A stretch of DNA of 64,000 bases from Octopus sinensis (Eukaryota): the NCBI RefSeq assembly GCF_006345805.1, contig NC_043007.1, positions 30,876,001 to 30,940,000 on the forward strand, in the 5' to 3' direction. The position numbers were made by a program, and so were the translations under genes. A model generated the notes under the pieces. The model saw nothing but the letters and a program-made list of their open reading frames with translations, did not search any database and had not been told where the DNA came from. Shown here piece after piece: positions 47,760-60,590 of the stretch. The number at the start of each line of letters is the position of its first letter. The first letter of the stretch is position 1.

Positions 47760-48510
47760 TTTATTAATGTGAAATTTGGTATTTTGTGTTTTTGCACAAT
47801 TCACCAATGTTCACTTTGATTGATGTAATGGCAACTCAAAGCTGACTGGTCGGATGTTCGTCTGTGAGCTGACTTTGGTATCTGTTTCTAGTAAATTTCA
47901 TTCTTGAGAAGAACTGCTCACAACAGTATGTGCTGCCAAAAAAGGATGTCATTTTCCTAGCTTGTTGCTTCAAATTTGGATGCTTTCCACGTATATAATT
48001 TTTGTAGAAAGGCGGCGTTGGCAGGCTCGTTAGCGCCGGGCGAAATGCTTAGCGGTATTTCGTCTGTCGTTACGTTCTGAGTTCAAATTCCGCCGAGGTC
48101 GACTTTACCTTTCATCCTTTCGGGGTCGATAAATAAAGTACCAGTTTCGCACTGGGGTCGATGTAATCGACTTAATCCCTTTGTCTGTCCTTGTTTGTCC
48201 CCTCTATGTTTAGCCCCTTGTGGGCAATAAAGAAATATATATAATTTTTGTAGAAAGTTACCAAGCCATTGCTATCGTATGTTCTTCTCGAGTCCATATC
48301 AGACTGCAAATCTATCAGCTCCATTTGACACCATTCGGGACCGTCCTCAGGTGCCAAGGGAAATGGCTGAGAAAACAGCTTTGAACTCAGATTCACATTT
48401 CCTGAAAGCAGCAAATCTGCTGGTAAATTCTGCACACAACTTGCCAATCCTTTCAACATATTTGGAACAATCGAAATCTGGCATTTCTGCTTTTCTGACA
48501 GCTGGGCTGG
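47760..48510 (-). mobile_element. hAT (Charlie/GTF2IRD2-like) transposase C-terminal remnant split by a B1 SINE (48012-48237)
   Basis: EFTSRFAAFR..FSQPF..CQMELIDLQSD..LVTFYKNY | I.GKHPNLKQQARKMTS.FGSTYCCEQFFSRMK..SQLTDEH..YQISH*; SINE flanked by the 20-bp TSD tatataatttttgtagaaag. Confidence 0.85.
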
Positions 48511-49107
48511 GAAAATGAGTGAGTGATGTTCTACTCAGCTCAGTCTGAAAAAGACATCTTGTTCACCATCTGACAGTACTACAACATCAACCACTACAGC
48601 AATTCCAACACCATCAACCACAATTACTACCACTTCTGCCATCACACAACTGTTACCATGCCGACAACCTCCCTCTCTCAATCAATCAATCTCCACCACT
48701 TCCAATATCAAATCTCCAACACCATCGCACCACCCCTGTCCCCACCACTACTATCACACTGCTGCTACAACACTACCATTACCACCACCACCTCCACCAT
48801 CATCACTACACTCACCGGTTCCACCACCATTAATAAAAGACAATAGGTGGTCATGCTCTTTACCTCTGGTGATTAGGTACATAGCTGTCTCGTTAAAGAT
48901 TGGAGGGGAGGCAGTGATTAAGCAAACTTGTTTATTGAGTTCCTTACAATGTGTGTGTGTGTGTGTGTGTGTTGATTATTATATAATTAACAGCAGTAAT
49001 TAGGATAGTTAACTACAATGATTAGAGCCAAAATAACAAAACTCAAGGAAACTTGTGGTGGTGGCTTTGGTGGTGATAAAAATTATATCATGAAGTCCCT
49101 AAACTTT

Positions 49108-49168
<61 letters not shown>

Positions 49169-50419
49169 TCCCTCACACACACACACACTCGTACAGAAAA
49201 GGACAACCGTCACAGCATCGGATTACTCTTCTACTCTTTATCATACAAAGCCACACACACAGACTAATGATGTAGTCAGTCAATCTGCTAGAAATAGCAG
49301 CAAAATCTGATGACAGGCAAAGTTGCAAGTGGAGGGATTGAAAATCAAATGGTAAATGGTCAATAGTAAATACCATAAGGCATTTTGTCCAATATTCTTC
49401 TAATTCTTCTTGGTAATAATAATAATAATGGTTTTACATTTTGAGACAAAGCCTATGATATTTTTTAGGGGGTTAGCCAATTTCATCAACCCCACAGCTC
49501 AACTGGTAATTATTTCATCAACCTTATAAGAATGAATGGCAAAGTTAACCTCAGCAGGATCTGAACTCAAAGCATAAAGTTCCTGAAGAAATACCATTTA
49601 GCATATTGTGCAATGTACTAATGACTCAATTAATAACAAATTATCAAGGACCACAGACGGGTACCAAACCTTAAAAGACCCTTAACAAAAGCAAAATTCA
49701 CTTCAGAAGAGGAAATAATGCACGTAACAAACTGTGGGGACCTTCATTGTGGGTTGTGTGGAATAAGGGAAATGGGCAAAACCAAGGAATTCAAGAATGG
49801 GAAGGAATTGGAGGTTGATGCAAATGAAAATGATGTCAACCAAATGGGATCAAAATTAATAGACAGAACCAGTACCATTTGAATCTAGCAATGGTCTCTC
49901 CTTGAGCAGGTCCTGTACACGTGAATCTTCTCCAGCACTCCCTATACAACCTGCGAGGGCCTGAACCTTTACCTGCAACCATTTGACAAATTAGACATCA
50001 CCATCATCATCATTTAACGTCCGTTGTCCTTGCTGGCATGGGTTGGATGATTTGACCAGAGGTGGGAATTTGGAGACCTGCACCTAGCTCCACTTATCTG
50101 TTTTGGCATGGTTTCTATGGCTGGAGGCCCTTCCTAACATGTCAACCACTTTGAAGTGGTCTGCTGGATACTTTCCATGGCACCACATCAGTGCTTTTAT
50201 ACGGCACCTCATGGACGCTCTTATGTGATACTTCATGTACACACACACCACACACACACACACATATACAGGGCTGGCCAAAAGTCACCCGACAGTAAAT
50301 CACAATTCCATAAATACTTAATATTCAACTTTTATTTATTCATTCCAATTATGAATGTTTAATAATTGAATTCTGTGAGTTAAAATCACCATTTTTTTCA
50401 ACATTTTTCTTTTTGATCT

Positions 50420-50770
50420 CCATGTGTCCAACACACGTGGACATGCCTACAGAGTCAGAAAACAGCACAGCTCCCATGACTTTCGGAAACATTTTTCACG
50501 CCCAGAGTTGCTGAAGCATGGAACAAACTACCTGCATCAGTTGTTGACTGCCATGACACTGCATCCTTTAAGGCCCTCATGCTTTCCGAAATCCGCTGAA
50601 ACTACACCTGATTGTCCCCCTTCCATACTCATACACATATGTGTATGTCATGACTCATGCACTGTTCCTTTCCTGACGCTTGTACATTACCCTATGTACT
50701 ATACATACACTTTAGATGAGTTGTAGTGCACCTGAGCACTGTACACAATGTTTTATTATTATTATTTATT
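50420..50770 (+). mobile_element. CR1/L2-group LINE 3' end
   Basis: SNTRGHAYRVRKQHS..RVAEAWNKLPASVV..SFK; ends in an (att)n tail. Confidence 0.7.
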
Positions 50771-50891
50771 AGCAAAGTCTAATATAAAATAATTTTTTGT
50801 TTTAATCTTGGAATTAAATAGGTTTTGATTTACTGTGTATATTATTCCATAGTACAAATACTATAATACATTGTTGTTTAGTGATTGTTAA

Positions 50892-51062
<171 letters not shown>

Positions 51063-51371
51063 TGATGTTGTTTGATTTCAGAATGTATGTTTGAGTCAGG
51101 CAGAGTGTGTCCTGGGGCACTGTGGTTCCCAAACTCTTTTTACTTGCTACATACTCACGTTCAAATTACTTGCTACATACTCACTTCAAATTCCCCTGGG
51201 GGTTGACTTTGCCTTTCATCCTTTCAGGATCAATGAAATAAGCACCAGTGATTTACCCCTCCCCCGAAATTGCTGGCCTTGTGCCAAAATTTGAAACCAT
51301 TATGTAGCCACAGAACAGCTGTGAGGAAGCACCTCTGATGCAGAGCTAATATGCTGAAGGACCAGGGGATC

Positions 51372-51722
51372 TCTGTTCAGTTTGGCTCAGACTTTTAAAT
51401 TCATTTTTTTTTAACTAAACAGTTTGAAACTTCGTAAACTGGTGAAATGTTTCACACAGAACACAGTTTACTTTGAACATTTTTGACAAAATTTGGTATT
51501 TTAGAAGTTATTTTGTGTTAAAGTTGTCTTATTTGGGTAATTTCAACCAATCAACGACATGTATTCAGTTGAAGAAAGCCACAGCTGTTTGTGATAGTAA
51601 TTGAAGAGAAAACTCAATTTTGTCAAAAATGTTCAAAGTAAAACATATTCTGCAAGGAACATTCCACCAGAATACGAAGTTCCAAAAGTTAATTAAAAAA
51701 CCTGTGAGCCAAACTGAACAGA
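51372..51722. mobile_element. MITE with long imperfect TIRs
   Basis: tctgttcagtttggctca / tgagccaaactgaacaga and inner tttactttgaacatttttgacaaaatt / aattttgtcaaaaatgttcaaagtaaa. Confidence 0.75.
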
Positions 51723-53015
51723 CCTAGACCAGGTACAACACACAGGTGTTTTTTTTTTTTCCAGTTACATCAAGACTCCCTCAAGCCAAAGACCACAGTC
51801 CACATTTCAATATGTCAAAGTGAATCATAGGGGGGTGCAGTGTGTCAGTCTGGACGTGTTGTATGCTCTTTGCTGTCCAGTCTATTCTTGTATGTCTTTA
51901 GAGTCTAGTGGAGGTTACAGTGGGAATCGGTAAGATGGACTTAGAGTAGGCGCAGGTGTGGTTGTGTGGTAAGTAGCTTGCTTACCAACAACATGGTTTC
52001 AGGTTCAGTCCCACCATGTGACACCTTGGGCAAGTGTCTTTTAGTATAGCCTCGAGCCGACCAAAGCCTTGTGAGTGGATTTGGTAGATGGAAACTGAAA
52101 GAAGCCCGTCATATATATGTATGTGTGTGTATATGTTTGTGTGTCTGTGTTTATCCCCCCAGCATTGTTTGACAACCGATGCTGGTGTGTTTACGTTCCC
52201 GTAACTTAGCGGTTCGGCAAAAGAGACCGATAGAATAAGTACTAGGGTTACAAAGAATAAGTCCTGGGGTCAATTTGCTCGACTAAAGGTGGGCTCCAGC
52301 ATGGCCACAGTCAAATAACTGAAACAAGTAAAAGAAAGAGAGTATGAGAGTTGCTTCTTGGTGAAAAAGGCTCAGGAATAAAAGAAAAGAAGAATGAAAT
52401 AACAAACACAAGTACAAGGTTTTATGGTTATTAGTTTTATCCTGAGAAAGAGAGAGAGAGAGAGAGAGTGGAGTAAGGGAGTCTGGGTGTGTGTGACATT
52501 TTGGACAGTAGGCCTTTGACAGGAGAGGAAGAAAAGCTATTTTTGAAAGAGAAAGGAAACAGGGTTTGATTAGGATCCCACAGGGTGGAAAAATGGAAGG
52601 GAAAAAAGAGGGTATTGTTTGACAAGAGAGAACAGTGCAGCGTGTGCATGTGAGCAAAAGGAGATAGTCATGAATGTAGTTTATTTGTGTGTGTGTGTGT
52701 ATGTGTGTGTGTGTGAAGTGAGGCAGTAGATCTGTCTACATCCTCGAGGTGACTGACATGGCAACATTGCAGTCCTATTTTCAAATTTTAATCCATCAGA
52801 TGATGAAATAATTTTGGATATTATATCACAGACAGGAAGTTGGAAAGGTCATGGCTTGATTGACAGTCAAATAATGGGTGAGTGTATTTGTTTGTTGTTG
52901 TTGTGGTTGTGGTCGTGGTGTGTATGTGCTGAGATTGGTTTTTACTATGTGTATGTCTGTGTGTGCATCAGTTGTTGTTTCTGTGTGTGTGTGTATATAT
53001 GTGTGTGTGTGTGTG

Positions 53016-53048
<33 letters not shown>

Positions 53049-53362
53049 AACAGTATGTTAATAAATTGTATGTAAATACGTGTATGTTATTTTGGTATAA
53101 ACAACCCCAACAGCCGTACACACATCCTCATCATCATCATGTGTGTACTGTTGTTAGGGTTGTTTAACCCCGACAACAGTCCTGTTCAAGCAGCATCTAT
53201 GACCAAAGGCATTCCCAGCCATGACCATTCTGTCCCTTTTTTGTGAATTATTTGTCCATATCATTCCACACACCATCCCCTAATACTAACCCCCACCCCA
53301 CCCATACTCTCTCATTAATATCCTGTAATACTGAAATTTGTAAACTTTTCTACCCTTCTCAG

Positions 53363-53426
53363 GTTGGTACAGACCAGTATGGGACCAACTATCTGGACCT
53401 TTTCCACAAATATTCAATTAATACAG
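53363..53426 (+). CDS. RBKS: RBKS exon 3
   Basis: tctcag / gtatga; VGTDQYGTNYLDLFHKYSINT, cf. '[21 protein letters not shown]'. Confidence 0.92.
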
Positions 53427-54690
53427 GTATGATCACTTTTACTTATTCACACATTATTACACCTGTTGCTGCCATCACACACACACACACTCATTTTCTC
53501 CATATTTAAACAATATTAAACTCTGTATATGTAGGTGAAGAACCCACAAAGATATGGGTTGAGGTGGTGAAGCATGACCTCCACCCTCAACTTCCTTTTC
53601 AAGTGAAACTTGAAAAAGTTGAGGAGGGTTTTTGCCACAGAAGGAAATACCTGTCTTTAACTCTTTCAAACTCTTTCCTCCATACTACCTCTTTCGCTAC
53701 AGCCACTAGACAAATAAAAACTGCCTGCCCCTCCCAGCCAAAATAGGGTGGTGGGGAAATCTTCACAATGGATTCGGCTGATAGCCAGACCCATCCTACA
53801 CACGACAGCAGGTGTTTGACATAAACCCACAGGTCAATACTCAGGTACTGGACTAGGGTGTGCAGAACAGTTTCTAATAATAAATAATAATAAACTTATT
53901 GTGTACAGTGCTTTGGTACTCTAAAACTCATCAGAAAAGGTAACCAAAAGGGCACAAAGAGTACAGGGAATAATGCACAGGAAGTGAACGATGAAAGGGT
54001 CATTAAAAAGAAGATGGTTGGGGATCGGGGGTACTTTTGGTACTGTCGTGGCCATACTGGAGCACCAACTTTAATCAAACAAACTGACCCCAGGACTTAT
54101 TCTTTGTAAACCTAGTACTTATTCTTTCAGTCTCTTTTTACCAAACCGCTAAGTTACGGGGATGTAAATGCTCCAACATCAGCATGGAAGTTTTGAAGGA
54201 TGTAGGGTCCCAACAGGTGACGACTGATGCACGTAGTTTAATTCCATGCTACAGCAATTCTGAATGTAAAAATATGTTTCTGAAAGTCATGGCTGTTGTA
54301 TTGTTTTTTTGATTTTGTAAGCATGTCCACAGGTGTTAGACACATGGGATTCAACAAAGGCCAGTACATGACATGATGACCTAAACTGCATTCATTAACC
54401 ACTGTAAAGGGGCTGGTGTTAGAAAGGGCATCCAGTTATTGGGCCCATACTGAATATGGAATAAGAGGACAGAGTTATTAATCCAGTTACGGATGAGGGG
54501 GAGTAACTCTGGATAAAAACTGACTTGGATTGAGATGACCTGTCTACTTCGTGTCACAGGAAGAAAAGGGTGTAAAATGAAGGTGGTGGCGGCGGCGGTG
54601 ATTGTGAAGAAGAAGAAGGGAAAGCGGGGGAAGTTTGCTGGTGGTGATGAAAACTGTGTTGTTAGAGTCTCGATATTTCTCTCATTTCAG

Positions 54691-54753
54691 ATCATGTCAA
54701 AGTGACGGAACAATCAAACACTGGTATAGCGTCCATCACAGTCAATGATAAAG
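54691..54753 (+). CDS. RBKS: RBKS exon 4
   Basis: tttcag / gtaagg; DHVKVTEQSNTGIASITVNDK, cf. 'ATGTASIIVNNEG'. Confidence 0.92.
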
Positions 54754-54861
54754 GTAAGGATGTATCTTAGTCGTCATAACTTTGATCATAGTAAATAAAG
54801 GATATGATGTGTCTTAAGTGACGTAACTTCAGTCATTGTAAATGAAGTTTCGGATGTCTTA

Positions 54862-56910
54862 GTGGTTTTGATCTGTTTGACTGACCAGGCAGTTCCCGTT
54901 GGACTTCCCAAGAGGAAGAAACACAAGCCCTGGGTGACGAAGAAGGTTAAACGAGAACGTCGACTCAGAGATATTGCTTGGGCTGAATTCAAAAATCTGG
55001 ATTCGACTGCAGCTTTTGAGGTGTACAAAACTCAACGAGACCGAGCCGTGAAAATTGAAAAGAAAGAACGCTTCAGTTATGAATACAAAATCGCGGCAAA
55101 TGCCAGTAGCAATCCAAAAACCTTCTTTGCCCATGTCCAGCAGAATTCCCGCTTGAACAACCAGATTGCAACGTTGGTAGACTCAACAGGCGTATCGATT
55201 GAGGACCCTTATCAACAGAGTCAATTATTTGCCGAGGCTTTTTCAACTATTTTCAAACAAGATGATGGTCGTGAACCCCCTCCATTTGATAGATCGGTAC
55301 CTCCAATGCTTCGATTGATCATCACGCGGGACGAAGTCAAACGTGTTATTCAAGGCCTCGATGTCAACAAGGGTCACGGCCCTGACGGCATACACCCACG
55401 GGTTATCAAAGCGTTGGCTCCGGTCATCTGCGAGCCCTTAACACGACTATTCAATATGTCATTGGCGACGGGTGTTATACCTGCAGACTGGAGAACAGCG
55501 ATAATCTGCCCAATTTTCAAGAAAGGGAGCCGCGAAGACCCGCTTAACTACCGACCGGTTTCCCTTACATCAATAATCAGCAAGATGTTCGAAACCATCC
55601 TTAAGAAAAGTATGATGCTCCATCTCCTAAACACAGCCTCGATCACTGATTCCCAACACGGCTTCATGCCGAAGAGATCATGCTTGACCAACTTACTAGT
55701 AATGGAAGAATTGGTGACGCGCATCCTCGATGATAGTGATGCTGTTGACATCGTTTTATTGGACTTTGCCAAAGCTTTTGACTCGGTAAACCACCGCCTA
55801 CTACTTGTCAAGCTTCAAGCATATAGTTTCCATCCGGATATTGTACGATGGGTTGGTGCCTTCCTCTCAGATCGCTCCTTCCAAGTTCAAGTTAATGGTT
55901 CGCGGTCCAACGTCTCCAGTGCGAGCAGTGGCGTGCCTCAAGGTTCAGTGCTTGGGCCCTTGTTGTTCTTAGTCTTCATAAATGACTTGCCCGACGACCT
56001 CACGCAACACACCCTTCTATTTGCCGACGATATCAAACTGGTCGCTCCTCGCGGTAGTATAGAGGATCTTCGTCGATGCCTCCACCAAATTTGGAAGTGG
56101 TCTAACGATTGGGACCTGTGTCTGAACGTGTCAAAATGCTGTCATCTGCCTGTTGGCTCTACTCCTGCAACTCAACTTGATTTCGAGCCGGGTCGTCTGC
56201 TGCTGGAGAGGACCGATCAGGTAAAGGACCTGGGTATCTTGGTGGATTCCTCCTTTTCGCCTTCGGCCCAGTGCGTCCATGCTGCCAACAAAGCGCGCGG
56301 AATTCTGTTTTTGATTCGACGGTCATTCGGAATGCTCACAGCAGCCATATTCCTGCCACTCTATGTCACGCTGGTGAGACCCATATTGGAGTATGGGATT
56401 CAAGCCTCTTCTCCTTATCTCCTCAAAGACATACAGCACCTCGAAAGAGTCCAGAGGCTGGCTACCCGCATGGTTCATGGTCTCAAAAATTTGTCCTACG
56501 AAGAAAGGCTGAGGACGCTCGACCTTTGTTCTCTTGAAAAACGCCGCCGCTGTGGTGATCTCATTCTCGCCCACAACATCATAAGCGGAAGTGTAACCTC
56601 TCGAAAGAGCTGTTCTTCACTCCTGCTCCGGAGCGTCGGCTGCGGGGTCATTCCGAAAAGCTCTACCTGCGACGATTTCATCTCAATCGAAGGAGAGGAG
56701 CTTTCTCCGTCCGGGTTGTGGATCCGTGGAACAAGCTGCCAGACGAGATGGTGAAGATGCCGACGACCGCTTTGTTCAAAGCCTCCCTGGACCTCAAGTG
56801 GCCTGAACTCTTTACATGAACACCACCCTGTACTTAACTCCATGTCCCCCTACATGGCCTTGCTATTTGCTTTTGAGCCAAATTAACTAACTAACTAACT
56901 AACTAACTAA
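54862..56910 (+). mobile_element. Young 5'-truncated CR1-group LINE (RT domain intact, no endonuclease) in RBKS intron 4
   Basis: 630-codon open frame: GHGPDGIHP, NYRPVSLTS, QHGF..RSC.TNL, LDFAKAFDSV, GVPQGSVLGP, LFADD; a 1-nt deletion near 56589 shifts the C-terminus LRGHSEKL..FSVRVVDPWNKLP..WPELFT* (TGA 56817-19); (TAAC)n tail. Confidence 0.95.
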
Positions 56911-57519
56911 CATACATCATTATCATCATCATCGTTTAACGTCCGCTTTCCATGCTAGCATGGGTTGGACGATTCGACTGGGGTCTGGGAAGCCAGGAGG
57001 CTGCACCAGGCTCCAGTCAGATCTGGCAGTGTTTCTACAGCTTGATGCCCTTCCTAATACCAACCACTCCGTGAGTGTAGTGGGTGCTTTTTTACGTGCC
57101 AACAGCACAGGTGCCAGGTGAGGCTGGCAAATGCCACGATCGGTTGGTGCTTTTTACGTGCCACCGGCACTGGTATCACAACTACAGTTTCCATTGATTT
57201 TTTGATCGATTTCGCAATAATAAAAAAAAAAGATATGTTTTAGAGACACAATTTTGATTACAGTGAGCAAATGTCATGACAGGCCCTAGTGATACAGCTT
57301 CAATCCATGTGTGTCTGTGTGAGCAAAAGGAAATAGTGTGTGTGTGTTTGTGAAGTGAGGCAGTAGATCTCTTTACATCTTTGAGGTGACTGACATGGCA
57401 ACATTGCAGTCCCATCTTCAAATTTTAATCCATCAGATGATAATATAGCTTCAATCAGAGTCCATGCTAAAGCTGTGAGTTTGTCACACAGATTATTGTC
57501 ACTGTATCGCTCTCATTTT

Positions 57520-58050
57520 ACCTCTTTTGCCCTTCAGCACATCAGGCAGCAAGCTGCTGTCACTGGTCTCCGTCGACTGCAGTTTTCTCTGCATCCAGAG
57601 AATGTGATATCAGCCTCTTCCATGTCGGTTAAGAATGTTCTGAGCTTCATCTGGTTTTCAGTCTGTAGTGTGTGACTGGAGGGACACTGGGGTGCCATCT
57701 CTAACAATTTCAGTCCAGATCCTTGCATGATTTGCAAGTTCCAGTTCAGGCTATTTGGCCATGCTGTGTGAGTTTTCTGAGTTGGTCCCTGCTTACCCTG
57801 TTCTTTCTTCATTGGGGACCCGGTTGGGTTGACAGCTTGTGTTCATCAACCTCATGCCACATGGTCACAGCAGATGAGGAGGTATCTCGTGGAGGTTGAA
57901 ACTACCTGGGACTCTGCTCAACAGGTCACCTGGAAGGACCCAGGAACATACCAATGAAGGGTGAATGCAGCAATGCACTGCAGAGGCACATGCTCCCTGA
58001 CCTGATACACAAGATTCAGCTGCTATTTCTAGCAACTTCAGTGGCTACAC
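57520..58050 (-). mobile_element. Probable decayed LINE 3' fragment
   Basis: ORF 57534..57812 with W...C....QT..L..D.EEA spacing reminiscent of non-LTR ORF2 C-termini; weak. Confidence 0.3.
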
Positions 58051-58452
58051 AGAGGCTCCCTCCATGGATTGTACAACTTTATACAACACCTGGGTGTCCC
58101 ATTTGTGATTCCTTCCATGCCATACACACCTGCAATCTCTGCAGCCCTGATTAACAGGTTTTGAAACAAATGAACTCTCTCTCAGGTATTGAAATGGCAA
58201 AGCCACAGCTGGAGCAGCTTTGATGTCAGTTTCTGGGAGTGGAGAAGATGGTTAGGTGGCAAGATACATGTTAATGATGATGATGGTGACGACGACGACG
58301 ACCGTCGTCATGATCATCATCATCATCATCGTCGTGGTCATCATCATCATCATCATGACATCCCCATATTTTGTTTTAGATAAAGTATTTTTTTGTTATC
58401 CTTATTTATTTTGATTTCTTTCTCTATTTTTTCGTATTTTTTTGTCGTTCAG

Positions 58453-58617
58453 GTCAGAATAATATTGTCATTGTGTCTGGAGCTAATGAGAAGTTAACTG
58501 GGGAGGATGTGGAGGCAAGCATGGATGTCATCGGCACCAGTAAGGTTCTTCTTACCCAACTGGAAACACCAACAAAAACAACCTTAAAGGCTCTCCAGAT
58601 GGCCAAGAGACAGAAAG
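58453..58617 (+). CDS. RBKS: RBKS exon 5
   Basis: gttcag / gtgagg; GQNNIVIVSGANEKLT..VLLTQLETP..TLKALQMAK. Confidence 0.96.
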
Positions 58618-59164
58618 GTGAGGCATGGTGCATTCTTCTTCTTCTTCTCCTCCTCCTCCTCCTTCTTCCTCCTCCTCCTCCACTGCCATCATGGTCGCCA
58701 TGACCATCACTACTGAGAGAGAGAGAGAGCATGAAAGAATCAAATGTCTACATCAGTCTTGGGAAAACTGCAGCCCATGGCACTTTCTGAGTGGCACATC
58801 TGAGGATAAATGATTTTTTTTTTAGTTGTGTGGTCCACCTGATGATGAGTCGTATCTCATGTGGCTCACACATTGAAAAAAGGTTGCTCACGCCTGGCCA
58901 ACATCAAGAGAGAGACATTGAGTTATCTATATAAAGTAAGAGAGAGTGAGAGTCAGATGTCTACATGAATGTAGACATCTAAGAAGAAGAAGAAGATGAT
59001 GGTGATGATGATCAAATGTCACATGTCACACACATGTATTTTCAGATATGCAACTGCACATCTACACCACACACACAAACACACACAAACACTTGCAGGT
59101 ACATATATACACTAACTGAAATGCATACATATGTACATGTGTAAAATAACACACACACACGCAC

Positions 59165-59650
59165 ACATCGTCATCATTGTTCGACCGTGGTCGAGACAAT
59201 GGAATTTACTATGTTACGCCAGACTTCACGGTCCATCATGGCATTACGGAGGTCCTGTTGCTGGATGCCTGTATCCCTGGAGATTACATCAGGGTAGGAG
59301 AGTGTACGCCCTCTGGTTTTGCGAGCAGATGGCTTCCAGATGAGAAGAGTAGAAATTGCCTCGTTTTCAGCTCTACAACAATGTCCAGCAAACTGGACTC
59401 TGCTACCTTTCACAAGAGATGATACAGGTGGTAGTTTCCCATATATTTGTACTTTGGTTGGATGACGCTTCCACGAGAGATTTTGAGTTCTCATAAGGAG
59501 GCGAGTGTAAGTTCCATCCAACCACCTGTCAAGCTTCTTTGATAACATCCAGGTTTCTGAGCCATATAATAGAATTGGTTCGACTGTGGCTTTGAAGATT
59601 TTAAGTTTGAAATCTCTACTTAGATTTGATGACCAGATCTTATGCATATC
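59165..59650 (-). mobile_element. Young 5'-truncated RTE-like LINE 3' end inserted in a (CA)n tract
   Basis: Uninterrupted KIWSSNLSRDFKLKIF..LLYGSETW..FAGHCCR..MMDREVWR..EQ*; tgatgacgat tail; (ac)6-7gcac on both flanks. Confidence 0.85.
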
Positions 59651-59674
59651 ATTACACACACACACACGCACGCA

Positions 59675-59870
59675 CAACTATATATCCTCAACACACACAC
59701 ACACACACAACTATATATCCTCAACACACACACACACACACACACACAGCTATATATCCTCAACACACACACACACACACACAACTATATATCCTCAACA
59801 CACACACACACACACACAACTATATGTCCTCAACACATACTTGCCTGTCCAAACACACACACACACATGT
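59675..59870. repeat. Minisatellite caactatatatcctcaa(ca)n with variable CA length, about 5-6 units
   Basis: Repeated fixed core separated by (CA)n of differing length. Confidence 0.9.
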
Positions 59871-59961
59871 ACCTACACAGCATGGTGTTCCCCCCTTAAC
59901 TGACGCCACCATCACCACTGCCTTGTTGTTTCTAAAATGACCCCTTTCACCAATTTTGCAG

Positions 59962-60053
59962 TGACAACTGTCCTCAATCCAGCCCCTGCTCGACCCCAAC
60001 TGGACCCAGACTTCTACAAATTGGCTGATTATTTTTGTCCTAATGAAACTGAG
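59962..60053 (+). CDS. RBKS: RBKS exon 6
   Basis: ttgcag / gtaaat; VTTVLNPAPARPQLDPDFYKLADYFCPNETE (N-x-x-E motif). Confidence 0.96.
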
Positions 60054-60073
60054 GTAAATAACAAATAAACTAT

Positions 60074-60330
<257 letters not shown>

Positions 60331-60553
60331 TATGGTTTCAAGTTTTTCCACAAGGGCAGCAGTTTTGGGGGAGGAGGTGAGTTGATTACATTGACCCCGG
60401 TTTTCAACTGGTACTTATTTTATTAACCCGAAATGTATAAGAGGCACAGTCAATTTCGTCAGAATTTGAACTCAGAATGTAGTGGACAGGCGAAATACCA
60501 CTAAGCATTTCATCCAGCATGCTAACGATTCTGCCAGCTTGCCATCTTAATTA

Positions 60554-60590
<37 letters not shown>

